Part shown: positions 30,453-45,133 of the stretch, one piece after another
Layout: the number at the start of each line of letters is the position of its first letter
Position numbering within the stretch: position 1 is the first letter of the stretch
Origin: Dictyostelium discoideum
Lineage: Eukaryota
Assembly: GCA_000004695.1 (NCBI GenBank)
Contig: CM000152.2
Span: 32,001-96,000 of the forward strand
Direction: 5' to 3'
DNA: 64,000 bases
Program-made: the position numbers and the translations under genes
The notes under the pieces: model-generated
What the model saw: the letters and a program-made list of their open reading frames with translations, nothing else
Database searches by the model: none
Told to the model about the DNA's origin: nothing

Positions 30453-32198
30453 ATGGAAATGATCAATACAGTAGCAGCATCTTTTTTATTAAAATATTTC
30501 ACCTTATTAATTAAAACACCAGAGAATTTAAAGGATTTCTATCACCAAAATTCAAAAATTACAAGAAGATTCGAGAATGGTAAAGCAAACATCTTAACTA
30601 GCTATGATAATGTATGTAGTTATTTATTTCATTTTACTAATATAGTTTTTTATTATATATATTCCATAAAAAATAATAATAAATTAAAATTTCCATATAT
30701 GAATATTCATATTAACTATTTTTTTTTTTTTATTTCATTTTTTTTTTAAAATTTTTTTTTTTTAATTTTTTTTTTTAAAATACCAAATAAAAAAAAAAAA
30801 AAATAGATTAATGAATTTTTAGTTAATAATTCAGCAAAGTTTGGAGGTAATGCAAATATTTCCTCTATTGATTGTCAACCATTAGGTGAATCGATCTTTA
30901 TGACATGTATTGGTTCAATTGGTTTCGATGGTAATGTTAGAAGATTTTTACAAAGTTTCTATTTAGAAAAGATTCAAGGTTCATTCTTTATCTCTAATGA
31001 TATTTTTGCATTCACTAGCGATGAAGTTTTTACTGTTGCCATTGAACAACCAGATGAAGCTTCAAACATTGAACAAGACTATCAACAACAACAACAACAA
31101 ACTGTAGAGGTTGAATCTACAACCACAACTACTACAACCACAACTGCTATAGTTGCTGCATCTCCAACTGTTGATGCTGAAATTGTTAAACAACCTGAAG
31201 AACCAGTAAAGGTTGAACAACCACCAACACCAAAAGCCTCAAATGTTGAACAAATCATTGAAACTACATCAACAACCACAACAACAACAACTGCTGCCGC
31301 TGCTGCTGTTACTACTATCAATGCATCAACATCAACTCCAACACCAACAGAAACAAAAGCTGTTGAAACCACTAAAAAACCAGAACCAACCACCAACACC
31401 ACCACCAACACCACCACCCCAGCTGAAAAACCAAAAGAAACCACTCCAGCTCCTCATCAAAAGCAAACTTGGGCTCAACTAGTTTTAATTAATAGCACAG
31501 CACAAACAGCATCAGCCTCAGAAGAACCAACTCAATCATCATCTTCATCTTCATCTCAACCATCATCTTCACCATCATCTTCATCATCTTCAGTAAACAA
31601 CAACAGCAACACCACCACCACAACCAACAACACCACCACTACCACAACTGCTAATAAACAAAAAGATGATCATCATTTCTCAAAAGATGGTAACACAGTT
31701 TTCATTAGTTTTAAGAGTTCCAAAGTTGATCAAGCACCAATTAAAGAGGCATTCAATCAATTTGGTGTTGTTTCCAATGTTAGAATTCTTACCGGTTATG
31801 GATTTGTTGAATTTGAAAAACCTGAATCAGTCCAAAATGCTTTAAACTATGCATCAACTCATAGTAATAAAATTAATGTTGCTGGTAATATAATTAAAGT
31901 CGAAGAAAGAAGAGGTGCTTTACCAACTGGAAAACAACAACAGCAATCACCACCATCATCATCATCATCACCTTCATCATCACAACCATTAAAACAACAA
32001 CCACAACAACCATATAAAAGACAACCACAAAATAATGGCGCAATTAATTTAAAATATAATAATCAACAAAATAAACCAAATTTAAATGGTAATAATATTA
32101 ATAATAATAATAATAATAATAACAACAATAATAGTAATAATCAAAATAATTTTAGAAAACCTCAAAAAGTTGATAATAAAAAAGAAGCATCCAAATAA
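30453..32198 (+). CDS. G3BP-like protein (NTF2-like domain + Thr/Pro/acidic linker + RRM), 2 exons: 30453..30611, 30807..32198
   Basis: Exon 1 MEMINTVAASFLLKYFTLLIKTPENLKDFYHQNSKITRRFENG..SYDN with GTATGT donor. Exon 2 INEFLVNN..NVRRFLQSFYLEKIQGSFFISNDIFAF (cf. G3BP1 RRFMQTFVL..NKFYVHNDIFRY). C-terminal RRM ..VFISFKSSKVDQAPIKEAFNQFGVVSNVRILTGYGFVEFEKPESVQNAL... Confidence 0.75.
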
Positions 32199-32770
32199 CC
32201 TTTTGATACATAAATTAAATATATAAACAAAAAAATAAAAAAAAAAATAAAAAAAAAATAAATATAAAAAAAAATAATAAAAACCAGTGAGTACACTTTT
32301 ATGTATTATAAGGAAGGAATTCTTAATTTAAAAAAAAAAAAAAAAAAAAATACCTCTTAAATTTCTTTCATTTTACAATTATTTTATTTAAGATCTAAAT
32401 AATTTTTGTCATACCAAACCACCACTTTAATTTTTTTTTTTTTTTTGGGAAATCAAAAAAATGAATCATTACAAACTTGTTTGTTTATATTTTTTCCAAT
32501 TTAGAAAATTTTATTAATTTTAATAATAAGAATCAATAAAAAATAATAAAATATTAATAGACACAGAAAAAACCTTTATTTTTATAAAAAAAAAAAAAAA
32601 AAAAAAATGGCCTTGCACAAATTCCTTGATTTTTAAGATCAAGATATTTTTTTTTTATTATTTTCAACCGACTATTTTTTATTAATAAAACGGTTTTTAT
32701 TTATTTTTTTTCAGTTCAATACATTTGGTCTGTTTTTTTTTTTTTTTTTTAAAAAATTTTAAATAATAAA

Positions 32771-34738
32771 ATGATTAATGAAATTTTAGATAATAAAATG
32801 AGTGATATTAGAAGCTCAGGAAAAAATGTGAAATTAGAGTCAACAACAATGACATCAGTTAAAGATTTACCAAGTTGGTGTTTTATTAAAAGTAGAGCAA
32901 TGTTAAAAGGAGATAATAAACCATTTGTTGTAAGTGTTTTGAATAGTTCGACAGAAACACCATCAAAGGGTTGGAAATGTGTATTATTTCAAACAAATAT
33001 AAATGATAAAGGTCAATTATGGCAATTGGTTGATGGTCATCTTTTATCGCAATTATATGGTAGTTTTGTATTGGATATAGATTCAGATAATAACAATGGT
33101 ACAGATTTAATTATAAATTCACAAATCCCTTCAAATAATGAAAGACAGACTTGGAAATTGGGTAGTAATGGTGAAATTATGAACAATCAAACCAAAATGT
33201 TTATTGGTGTTAAAGGTTCAAATAGCGCTCCAATCGATCCATCAAATAATGCTCAACTCGTTTGTGAATCAACAACCTCGGTTGACAATGTTTGCTTCCA
33301 ATGGGATTTAGAACCCTCATTTCCATTGAATTCAATTTTAACACAAACAACTGAACCATTTCCAAATTATACTGATGAAAAATTAAAAGCATATATTTAC
33401 ATTTCAAATAATTTAATTAAAGGTATTGATGATATTAGATCTCAATATACGAATAGTAATTATTCATTTAATTCATTTTCCAATGAATTGGTTAATATGA
33501 AATATCCAGATTCAATTAGTAAAGATAGTTTCGATGAAATTAAAACTCAATTACAATCTGAATTTGAACAAGTTGATTCAATTATAAATTTATTTAATAA
33601 TTATCAACAATTTCATATTGGTTTATTTGCTGATAATTCTGCAAGATTAAATCAAATCGTTTCAATCATACAATTTGATGATAAAACTACAAGTGTTGCC
33701 GGTTCAATCTTATCAATTATTTCAAATATTCTTAAATTGGTTTTAACATTTTTACCTCAACCTGCTGGTAATTTTGGTAATGTAATGATGGGTGCAATTA
33801 GTGTTAGTAGTGCCGCTTCAACACCAAATAAAGTTAATGTTGATCCATTTAAAGTTGAACTTTCAAAATTATGGGATTCATTAAGTTCAAATTTCGAAGC
33901 AATCTTATTCAATATGGGTACGATGGAATCAATGATTTTAAAAGATTGGGGTAAAATGAAAGCAGTTTATCAATTATTATCAACATCACTTGCTTGGACA
34001 CCAACAATGACTTCTCAATTAATTTCAACTGGTGCTACTGCTTATGGAATTTCATTATTACAAATGTTATTACCAGAAAAGTATCAAATTTATTGTTGGA
34101 ATCAAAATTTCGATGCAAAGTATGGTTTCGCACCAGGTTATCCTGCTCCAATTCCTAGTGACATACCAGAATATTGTACATGGACTGATGAAAATGGTGA
34201 TGTTCTTTTCATAGCATCTACAAGTGATTTACGTGTTCACCCTATTAAAGAAGTAATGGATATGGTTTGGAAAGATAATGTTGTTGTTAAAAAGGATTTC
34301 TATAGATCTAGAAATGGTTGGTCATTCCCAACTTCATTAGTTAATCGTATTACACGTTGGTTAATTCCAAATGTAACTAATAATACATCAATACCAATGA
34401 AATATACAATTGGTGATTTTAAAGGTGATAGTAAAACAACTTATCAACTTGACCTTCCAACATTTTCCACATCATATCCACTTGATGTATCTCATAATAA
34501 TAATGGTCATAATTATCATTTTACAATTACAATCACCAATGCACTTGATAACAGTAAAATTGCAAGTCTTGTAATCATTGTATCAGCAGTTGGTGGTAGT
34601 TTTTCTAAAGGACAATTAGGTGATCATAGTGTAACAAAAGGTTATCTTATTGGTGATCCAATTTTTAATACAAGTGTTAGGGATTCAACTTCAACATGTA
34701 ATATTATTGTTAATATTGACTATAATGATACAAATTAA
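32771..34738 (+). CDS. ricin-B-lectin-like (QxW repeat) domain protein, 655 aa; C-terminal ~450 aa of unknown function
   Basis: The N-terminus has three QxW-type beta-trefoil repeats (GQLWQL, RQTWKL, CFQWDL), consistent with a ricin B lectin fold. No signal peptide is evident and the rest has no recognised domain. Confidence 0.5.
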   Translation: MINEILDNKMSDIRSSGKNVKLESTTMTSVKDLPSWCFIKSRAMLKGDNKPFVVSVLNSSTETPSKGWKCVLFQTNINDKGQLWQLVDGHLLSQLYGSFVLDIDSDNNNGTDLIINSQIPSNNERQTWKLGSNGEIMNNQTKMFIGVKGSNSAPIDPSNNAQLVCESTTSVDNVCFQWDLEPSFPLNSILTQTTEPFPNYTDEKLKAYIYISNNLIKGIDDIRSQYTNSNYSFNSFSNELVNMKYPDSISKDSFDEIKTQLQSEFEQVDSIINLFNNYQQFHIGLFADNSARLNQIVSIIQFDDKTTSVAGSILSIISNILKLVLTFLPQPAGNFGNVMMGAISVSSAASTPNKVNVDPFKVELSKLWDSLSSNFEAILFNMGTMESMILKDWGKMKAVYQLLSTSLAWTPTMTSQLISTGATAYGISLLQMLLPEKYQIYCWNQNFDAKYGFAPGYPAPIPSDIPEYCTWTDENGDVLFIASTSDLRVHPIKEVMDMVWKDNVVVKKDFYRSRNGWSFPTSLVNRITRWLIPNVTNNTSIPMKYTIGDFKGDSKTTYQLDLPTFSTSYPLDVSHNNNGHNYHFTITITNALDNSKIASLVIIVSAVGGSFSKGQLGDHSVTKGYLIGDPIFNTSVRDSTSTCNIIVNIDYNDTN

Positions 34739-34830
34739 AAAAAAAACATAATTTTGAAAATAAATAAATTATCAATTTAAAATTTATTTTATTTTATTTT
34801 ATTAAATACTATTGAATTTTTTTTTTTTTT

Positions 34831-36282
34831 TTAATATTTTTCATATTTAAAGAGATTATTTTCAGCATAATCACTTTTATCTTCAACATCAGTGAAAAAT
34901 TCTTGATCAATAATTAGTGATTCAATTACATTGTTATTGTTTCTACATTCTTGATCTAAAAGTTGAATAAATTTTTCTTTTTTATTATGGAAATCATAAA
35001 TTTGGAAAAGCACTTTATAGTATTTAATTGATTTATTTGATTTAATTAATTCAATTATTGGTTTAATTGAATTGATAGCTTTAATATCAAATTGTTTTAA
35101 ATTTTTAAAACATGAAACGAATTCTAAAATTAAAGGATATTCTTCTAAATTTTTAAAATCTTGATTAAATTGTTTTTGTAATTCATCTTGATCTTCAATT
35201 TGACTTTTATTTTTTTCATTAAAATATTCTTCAATAAAGTTTTTACTTCTTTTCATTTCATTTATAATATCTGAACATCTATCAACAATTGATAAAGATG
35301 TTAAATTTGGTAAACCAACAGAATTAATTAAATTTTTCCAATCAGTTTCAACATTATTTTTTAGTGAGAAAAAGTTGTTATCACATTCACATGGTGCTGA
35401 TTGTTTTGAAGTTTGATTTAATTTCTTCATTAATGAATCAAAACAAAATGTAGCTGTTAATTTTTTTAATTTTGGAGTTAATAATAAAAGTGATAGCAAA
35501 CTTGATATATCAATATTATCAACTTTTAATTCTTCAATATCATTATAAATTGGTAAAAGGTCTTTTCGACTTAAAATTAAATCATTCCAATTGAAATCAC
35601 TTATTGAACCTTGAATTCTTAGTGAATCAATTTTTATAAATTTATCACCATCTTTTAAATTGTTAATTTTATAAAGTTTTGGATCAATTTTATCAACAAT
35701 TAAAACACCAATTTTATTAACATTTTTTGGTAACCTTGAATCTAATTTCAATAGTTTCAAATTCTTTATTTCAATTGACACATTATCATTAATCTTTAAT
35801 CCATTTAAAAATTTCATACTTGAACTTGAGTATCCATTTTTAAATGCTTGTAAATCAATATAAATTGAAGTTAAATTTGTACATTTTGAAATGGCATCAT
35901 TTAAAAAGTTTGAAATTTCAATTTCTTCTTCACTTGAACTGGTTGCATAATTTCTACTTTCAATTTTTAATAATCTAATATTTTCCAATCTATAAATACT
36001 GAAATCACTTCTATCTTGATTTTTTATTGTTGAAATATTACTTTCTGACATTGGATTGGTTGGATAATAATTATCTGGAATAAAATTAAAATCTTGACTG
36101 GTTGTTAAATTATTTGATAAGGTTTTAAAAAACTCCCAATTAACTAATGATAAATTAACAATAGAATTATTATTTTCATTAAGTTCATCTTCATTAAAAA
36201 AAATTTTTCTATTAAAATCAAAACATAAAAATTTTATAATATCTTTAATTAAATATAATGGTAATTCTTTATTTTTATTCAT
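34831..36282 (-). CDS. hypothetical Asn/Lys-rich protein (~483 aa), possibly F-box/LRR-like; probable true start Met at 36282 rather than the listed 36438
   Basis: ORF 34831..36438. The first 52 listed residues are poly-Phe/Leu from translating the T-rich 5' leader. The internal in-frame ATG at 36282..36280 sits in an A-rich context and begins MNKNKELPLYLIKDIIKFLCFDFN (F-box-like). Confidence 0.45.
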   Translation of the reverse strand: MNKNKELPLYLIKDIIKFLCFDFNRKIFFNEDELNENNNSIVNLSLVNWEFFKTLSNNLTTSQDFNFIPDNYYPTNPMSESNISTIKNQDRSDFSIYRLENIRLLKIESRNYATSSSEEEIEISNFLNDAISKCTNLTSIYIDLQAFKNGYSSSSMKFLNGLKINDNVSIEIKNLKLLKLDSRLPKNVNKIGVLIVDKIDPKLYKINNLKDGDKFIKIDSLRIQGSISDFNWNDLILSRKDLLPIYNDIEELKVDNIDISSLLSLLLLTPKLKKLTATFCFDSLMKKLNQTSKQSAPCECDNNFFSLKNNVETDWKNLINSVGLPNLTSLSIVDRCSDIINEMKRSKNFIEEYFNEKNKSQIEDQDELQKQFNQDFKNLEEYPLILEFVSCFKNLKQFDIKAINSIKPIIELIKSNKSIKYYKVLFQIYDFHNKKEKFIQLLDQECRNNNNVIESLIIDQEFFTDVEDKSDYAENNLFKYEKY

Positions 36283-36796
36283 TCTATTCTTTTTTTTTTT
36301 ATTTTTTAATTTAATCAATAAAAAAAAAAAAAAATAAAAATCATAATGGTGATTGGAAAATAAAAAGGAAATTTCAAAAAAAAAATAAAAAAATAAAAAA
36401 ATAAAAAAAAATATCAAAAAATCCTGTTCTGACGTCAATATCGACAGTGTGGCCTGTGTTATGGGTTGGATGAAATAGAAATAATATTATTTTTATTATT
36501 TCTATTTTTAATTTTAATTTTATTGTTTTTGTTTTTACATCTTTATTTTTTTTGTTTGTTAAAGTTTTTTATTTTTTTATTTATTTATTTAATTTTTTAT
36601 TTATATTATTTATTTTGGTAATAATTTTTTTTTTTTTTTTTATGATTGTTATTATAAATATCAATACTGATTATTGAGTTGCAATGAAAAATTAATATTA
36701 AAATTATATTAAATAGAAATAAAAATACAAATTAAAAAAAATGATTAAACTTTTAAAGTTTTGTAAACATTTTAATTTGTATGTTTTATTTTAAAA

Positions 36797-38424
<1,628 letters not shown>

Positions 38425-38946
38425 TATTTTAAAAAAATTTTAAAAAAAATAAAAATAAAGAGTATTAACTTTCTTTAAGAAATATTTTTTTTTATTTTTA
38501 TTTTATTTTTTTTTTTTTTTTTTTTTTTTATTAATAAATCGATGAAAAAAAATGAAAAAAAAAAAAGTATTCAAAAGTATTAAAAAAAGTGTTAAAAAAA
38601 AAGTGGTACTATTGAATTTAGTAAATACAAATAGAACACTCAAAAAAACACAAAATGAATGTAACCATTCTATTTTTTTATTTATTTATTTTTTTGAGGA
38701 ACAACGAGAGGGAATAATAAAATAAATTAAAAAAAAACCAAAATAATTGCATTTGAATTCTCTACTTGGCAGTTATTTGATTAAAAAATTAAAAAATGAT
38801 TTGTAAAATTGACCATTTATTCTTTTATTTTTAATTTTGATAATAATAAATATTGATTAAATTATGACATACCTATAAATTATTTTCAAAACTTACATAT
38901 TGTAATACGGTTTTTCCAATTCTTTATGATTTTAATATTATTTAAT

Positions 38947-39446
38947 TTAGTATAACAAATTATTTATTATTAACAATATCGCTATTATTAAGTTTATATT
39001 ATAAAATGAAATCGTTAACGATGGGGAAGTTGAAAAAGAATAATAAACTACAGTGAGATTAAATATTGAAAGATTACATTCTTTTGGTTTACAAAATGAG
39101 GATGGTATTAAAGGTGAACTACAAAAAAAGTTTAAACATTTAGCCTCTTCATTACATTTACTCTTGGCAATACATGATGACGGATTAACAGAGTAAATAT
39201 CAGTACAATTGATACGATTTCTAAAAAGACAATCACTAAATACATCTCCACTTTGTTGACAAAAAACTCCTACAAATTTACTTCTAGTCGTACAATATCC
39301 AACACCTGATTGTGAATCGCACTTAAATAAAATAAAATTAGATTGGAACAATATAAGTTTAATCTCTATTATTAATTTTTTTCTTTCTTTACCTTACAAA
39401 ATTCATATTCATTGCAATCATTATTTCCAGTTTTTTTAATTATCAT
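38947..39446 (-). CDS. truncated paralogue of the upstream Cys-rich gene (copy of its last two exons only, 142 aa, no signal peptide); 2 exons: 39446..39393, 39321..38947. Possibly a pseudogene.
   Basis: Exon 1 MIIKKTGNNDCNEYEFCK with a GTAAAG donor; the intron-flanking sequence cctttaccttacaaaattcatattc is shared with the paralogue. Exon 2 is ORF 38947..39351 from its ..ttaag acceptor, CDSQSGVGYCTTRSKFVGVFCQQSGD..CNLSIFNLTVVYYSFSTSPSLTISFYNINLIIAILLIINNLLY*, about 65% identical to exon D of the upstream gene. Confidence 0.5.
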
Positions 39447-39947
39447 TATTTTTAAATAATAAAAATAAAAAAATGAATAGTTTTATTTACAAATAATAAT
39501 TTTTTACCATTGAAATTAAAAAAATAAAAATAAAAATAAAATAAAATTAAAGGTGTGGTAAAAAAAAAAAAAGTAAACTACTTGTCGACAGTTTTTTTAT
39601 TTTTATTATTTTTTATTTTTTATTTTTTTTTTTCGAAAAATTAAAAATAGATTATTTAATTTGTGTTTGAGTAGTTTCACTTTTTATCCATTTTAAATTT
39701 CAAATAAACACTTCAAAATAAAAAAAAAATAAAAAAAATAAAAAAAATGGGATTATGAAAAAAAAAAATGAAAATAAAAAAAAAATTTATTTTAAAAAAT
39801 TTCGATTTGATTATTGTAATAGCCTGTTTTTTAGCGGTAAAAAAAAACATTTGGCGGTTAGAAAATATTTAAATAAAATTCACAATTTTTATTTTCACAA
39901 AAAAAAAAAAAAAAATTTTAAAATTTTAATTTCTATTTATATAAACA

Positions 39948-39981
<34 letters not shown>

Positions 39982-40017
39982 TATCCAAAAAGATATCAAC
40001 AAAAAAAAAAAAAAAGA

Positions 40018-40133
40018 ATGGATGTTGATATGTTTGATTATGATTTAGTATTATTTAATCATCATAATAAAAACAATGGTGATGAAAAGAAGAACAATTT
40101 ATTAAATTCACTTCAACAACAAATTACACAACC

Positions 40134-40176
<43 letters not shown>

Positions 40177-41025
40177 AAACCATTAGAAGATATTGATATT
40201 ATTAAATCACCAAGTAAAAAGAATGCAAAACTTGATGAATATGGTTTTGTAAAAGAGGATGAGTCTGAAAGTAAAAACGAAGATATTGGTGGTGAAACCT
40301 ATAAACAAGCTGGAAAAAGGATTTCAAAAGAACAAAAATGGATTCATATTGTAAATAATTGGAATGATTATTTAATTAATCAACCAGAGAAATTATTATA
40401 TCTATCTTCAAAAGGTATACCAAATAATTTAAGACCATTGGTTTGGAGAAAAATGTTAAATATAAATTATTTTAAAAATCAATATCATGAAAATTATTTT
40501 AAAGTATGTATTATTTAAATATAAATTCATTTAATTTATATTTATTAATTTTTTTTTTTTATATAGGAACTTTGTAATAAACCTTCAAATGAACATACTG
40601 AACAAATTGAACTTGATATTCCAAGAACATTTCCAAATCATAAAAGATTTTTTACTCAAAGAGGGTATGTGTAAAAAAAAAAAAAAACAATTAAATCCAC
40701 TTTATTAAATTTAATCTAAAATTGTTATTATTATTATTTTTTTTTTTTTTAAAAAATAGTAAAAATGATTTATTGGATGTATTACAATCATATTCTTATC
40801 ATAATCCAAATGTTGGTTATTGTCAAGGTATGTCATATATTGCTGGAGTTTTGTTAATGTTTTTATCACCAGAGGATACATTTTGGTTATTTGTATCCCT
40901 ATTGGAAAGGGAAACTATGGGTTATTATATTCCAGGAATGCCACAGTTAATTTTTGATTCAATTTTATTTCAAAAAATTTTAGAAATTGAAAATAAACCA
41001 TTAGGCCAACATTTAGTAAGTAGTA

Positions 41026-41068
<43 letters not shown>

Positions 41069-42034
41069 GGTAATGTTTATTAATAGTTTTTATTTTATTT
41101 ATATAAAAAAAAAAAAAAAAAGTTGAAAAATGGTATTGATCCATTATTATATGTTACTCCATGGTGGATGTGCTTTTTTACAACATTACCAGATTGGGGA
41201 ACAGTATTAAGATTATGGGATTTGATACTTTTGGAAGGTGTCAATTCTTTATTTCGTTTTTCACTTGTAATATTAAAATATTCTGCCGGCTTCTTATTTA
41301 AGAATAAAGGTGCCGATGGTTTATTACCATATCTATTAAGACCACCTATCGATGAAATTGGTGGTATCGATTTTTTACTCACTTCCGCCATGGAATTACC
41401 AATATTAGATTTAGTTAAGGAGGCTAAATCTATAATTGAAAAAGAAAAAGAAGAGGAAAAATTATTAAAAGAACAAAAACAACAACAACAACAACAGCAA
41501 CAGCAACAACAGCAACAACAACAACCTTTAAAGAAATCATCAAATAATGTTGAAAACTCAACTGTATTTGAAAGAATTATTAAATTTATTGATGGTGATG
41601 AAAATTCTGATAGTGTCAATAATAATAATAATAATGTAAATTTAGAAAATAATAATAATAATAATAATAATAATGAAAATAATATAAGTGAGAATAATAA
41701 TAAATTAAAAACACCAGTTAAATCAACAAGTTCAGGATTATTCTCAAAGAAATTAAAAGATTTTACAAATCGTATCAAATCAAGATTTGTTACTCATAGC
41801 TATCAACCATGTAATGTTATTTTAGAACAAAGATCAGCAGTATACAGAAAATCAATTGCAAGAAGACAATCAATTGCTAGAACAAGAAAATCAGTTTTAC
41901 CAAAACAAAACCAACAACCTTCTGAAGTTTTCTCTGATCCATTAACCAATGCTGAAACCAATACTACCACTACAACCACAACTACTACTGCTACAACTAC
42001 AACTACTACAACTTCAAATAATAACAATAATAAA

Positions 42035-42102
<68 letters not shown>

Positions 42103-43420
42103 CAATGGTACTATAAGAAAACCAAGACCATCAGTTATAGGTACTGTTGTTTCAACAAAAAGAAAATCAATTGTACCAAGACAATCGGTTACATCATCAA
42201 GACCATCAATTGCACCAAGAAAATCAGTTGTATCATCAAGACCATCAATTGCACCAAGAAAATCAATGGTACCAAGAAAATCAATTAAACCAAAAGTCTA
42301 TCTTTCAAAGAATGATCAAATTGATGAGAAAATGCCAAATGAAAAAAACAACAACAATGATAATAGTGTTAAAAATGATGAATGGGTTGAAAATAATGAA
42401 AAAGAATTTGAAAGATTTATTATTGATGATAATTATTCAACCAATACAAATACAAATACAACTACAAATACAAATATAAATATAAATAATAGTGCACTCA
42501 AAAATAGTAGTATTACCAATAGTGGTAGTAATAGCTTTAATAGAAAATATCAAAGCAGCTCACCAATACAAATGATATTACCCCCACCACCACCATCTTC
42601 AACACCATTATTAAAGATTTTATCACCAACCAATAGTAATTTAAATAATAGTGTTAACTATGGTACAAGTTTAAATAATAGTAGTAGTTATATAAGTAAT
42701 TATGGAGGTGGTAATAAACAACAAAACAAATCAAATAACAATAACAATAGTCAATTTACTTCACCAATGAAATATTCATCATTTAGATCACCAATTAAAA
42801 CACCAAATTCTAAAACTATTAATCAATCAGTTGATTTATTAAAAGAAATTATGAAAACTCCACCAAATAATAATAATAATAATAATGGTGGTAATAATGA
42901 AAAATGGACAAACTTTGTAAGTGGTAGTGCAAGTAATAGTATCTTAAAGAATGCATGTCAATTTGGTGAATTCTCATTCTCTAGTCCACAACAAAACTCT
43001 CCAAGTATTACAGAGAAACAATTCCTAAGGGAATTTTCAACTCCAACACCACTTAAAGAACGTAGTAATAGAATGGTCATTCAAACTCCTACTCAAACTC
43101 CAAACACTACTTCAAAGAAGAGATTATTATTTACAAATAATAATAATAATAGTAATAATAATGATGAAAACCATGAAAATTTCAAAAATAATAGTGATCA
43201 CCATCAACAAACACCTTCTAAATTTTTAAAACCAATTCCAATCTCACAACCATTATCATCAAAAAATACTAATAGTCTCAAAAATAATAATATCCTAAGT
43301 AATACTATGGAAATCCAAAATGATGAATGTTATTCACCATCATCATTTGAATTAAAAGAATTAAGTCATCAATCTTATATTTCAAAAAAACAAACAAAAA
43401 AATGGGATTTAAGAGTTTAA
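40018..43420 (+). CDS. TBC-domain Rab GTPase-activating protein, 4 exons: 40018..40503, 40567..40664, 40760..41015, 41123..43420
   Basis: Exon 1 ..GIPNNLRPLVWRKMLNINYFKNQYHENYFK, GTATGT donor. Exon 2 ELCNKPSNEHTEQIELDIPRTFPNHKRFFTQRG carries the Arg-finger IxxDxxR motif. Exon 3 KNDLLDVLQSYSYHNPNVGYCQGMSYIAG.. carries the YxQ Gln-finger, GTAAGT donor. Exon 4 LKNGIDPLLYVTPWWMCFFTTLPDWGTVLRLWD.. then a long polyQ/N/S/T tail. Phases were checked against ORFs 40018, 40722 and 41123. Confidence 0.8.
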
Positions 43421-43714
43421 ATAAATAAATAAAAACAAACAAATAATTAAAAAAAAAAAATACTAATTAAATAACAACTAAATAAATAAATAATAATTAA
43501 AAAAAAAAATAATAAAATAAATAAAATAAAATAAATAAAATAAAAAAATAAAATACTATTTTTTATTACTATTTATTTTATTTAAAATAAATAAATAAAA
43601 AATACTATTTTAAAAACAGCAATAAACAAATAAATAATAAATAATTTAAAATACTATCTTATTTATTTGTTTTATTTTATTTTATTTTATTTTATTTTAT
43701 TTTATTTTATTTTA

Positions 43715-43745
<31 letters not shown>

Positions 43746-44300
43746 CTTTATTTATATAAAAATAATAATTATTTTGGATACTGATTTTTTAAAATACATA
43801 ATATTTAGTTTTAATTTTTTTTTTTTTTTTTTTTCTTTATTTATTTTAAATAATAATTAAAAAAATAAAAATTAAATAAATAAATAATAATAATAATAAT
43901 AATAATGAAAATAATAATTAAATAATTAAAAAAATAATATTTTAAATTATTATTTAATATTTATTTTTTTAATTTTTATTTTTATGTTATTTTAATTAAT
44001 TATAAATAATATTATTAAAAATAATAAAATTTTAATTAATTATTACTACTATTTTCTAATTAAAATATTAAAAATAATAAAATAAATATATAAAATATAC
44101 TATTTTAAATTATTATCTAGTTATTTCATTATTTATTTTTTATTTTTTAATTATTTATTTAATTATTATTTTTTTAATCATTATTTATTTAATTATTATT
44201 TATTTAAAATAAATAAAGAAAAAAATTACCACTAAACAATATGTATTTTAAAAAATCAGTATCCAATAAAGTAATTATTTATCGATTATCGCCCCAATAA

Positions 44301-44344
<44 letters not shown>

Positions 44345-44994
44345 CAGTATGTTGTCTTCAAAATTTTTTTTTAAAATATGTCGATATAAAATCAAAATAA
44401 TTCCTGTGTTATCCAAATAATCACGGAAGAAATCAAAAAAAAATAAAAATAAAAATGAAAAAATAAATAAATAATTAAATTAAAAAAATAAATTAAAAAT
44501 AAATTGATTAAAAAAAAGGAAAAAAAAAAAAAAAAAAGGAAAAAAAAAAAAAAAAAAAAAAAAAAAAGATTTCAAAAAATTTTTTTTACTGTCCCATCAG
44601 TAGCCGTTTAATAAACTGAAAAATGAAAAAAAAAAAAATTAAATAAAATAAAAAAAAAAGAGAAAAAAAACCTAACCCATTTTTTTTTTTTCTTTTCTTT
44701 TTTTTTATTTGAAAAATTTGTTTTAAAAAAAAAAAAAAATATTTTTAAAAAAAAAAAATTTTTGAATATTTTTTTTTTTTTTTATCAAGCCATTTTTGTT
44801 TTCTAATTTTTTTTTTTCATTTGTAATTTTTTGTATAATATCTTGTATTATTTTTTATAACACTCAAACTATTTATTAAATAAAATGGTAAATATTATTT
44901 AATGATTACTTTAATTTCTAAATTGGATTATTTTTTTTTTATTTTTTTTTAAATAATTAATAATAAATAATAAAAATAAAAAAAAAATAACATT

Positions 44995-45098
44995 ATGGTT
45001 AGATATTTGGAGAAAATAAAAAAAAAAAAATGAAAAAATAAAAAAAAATAAAAAATAAAAATAATTTAAAAAGAATAATTATTCTAATGAAACATTAA

Positions 45099-45133
<35 letters not shown>

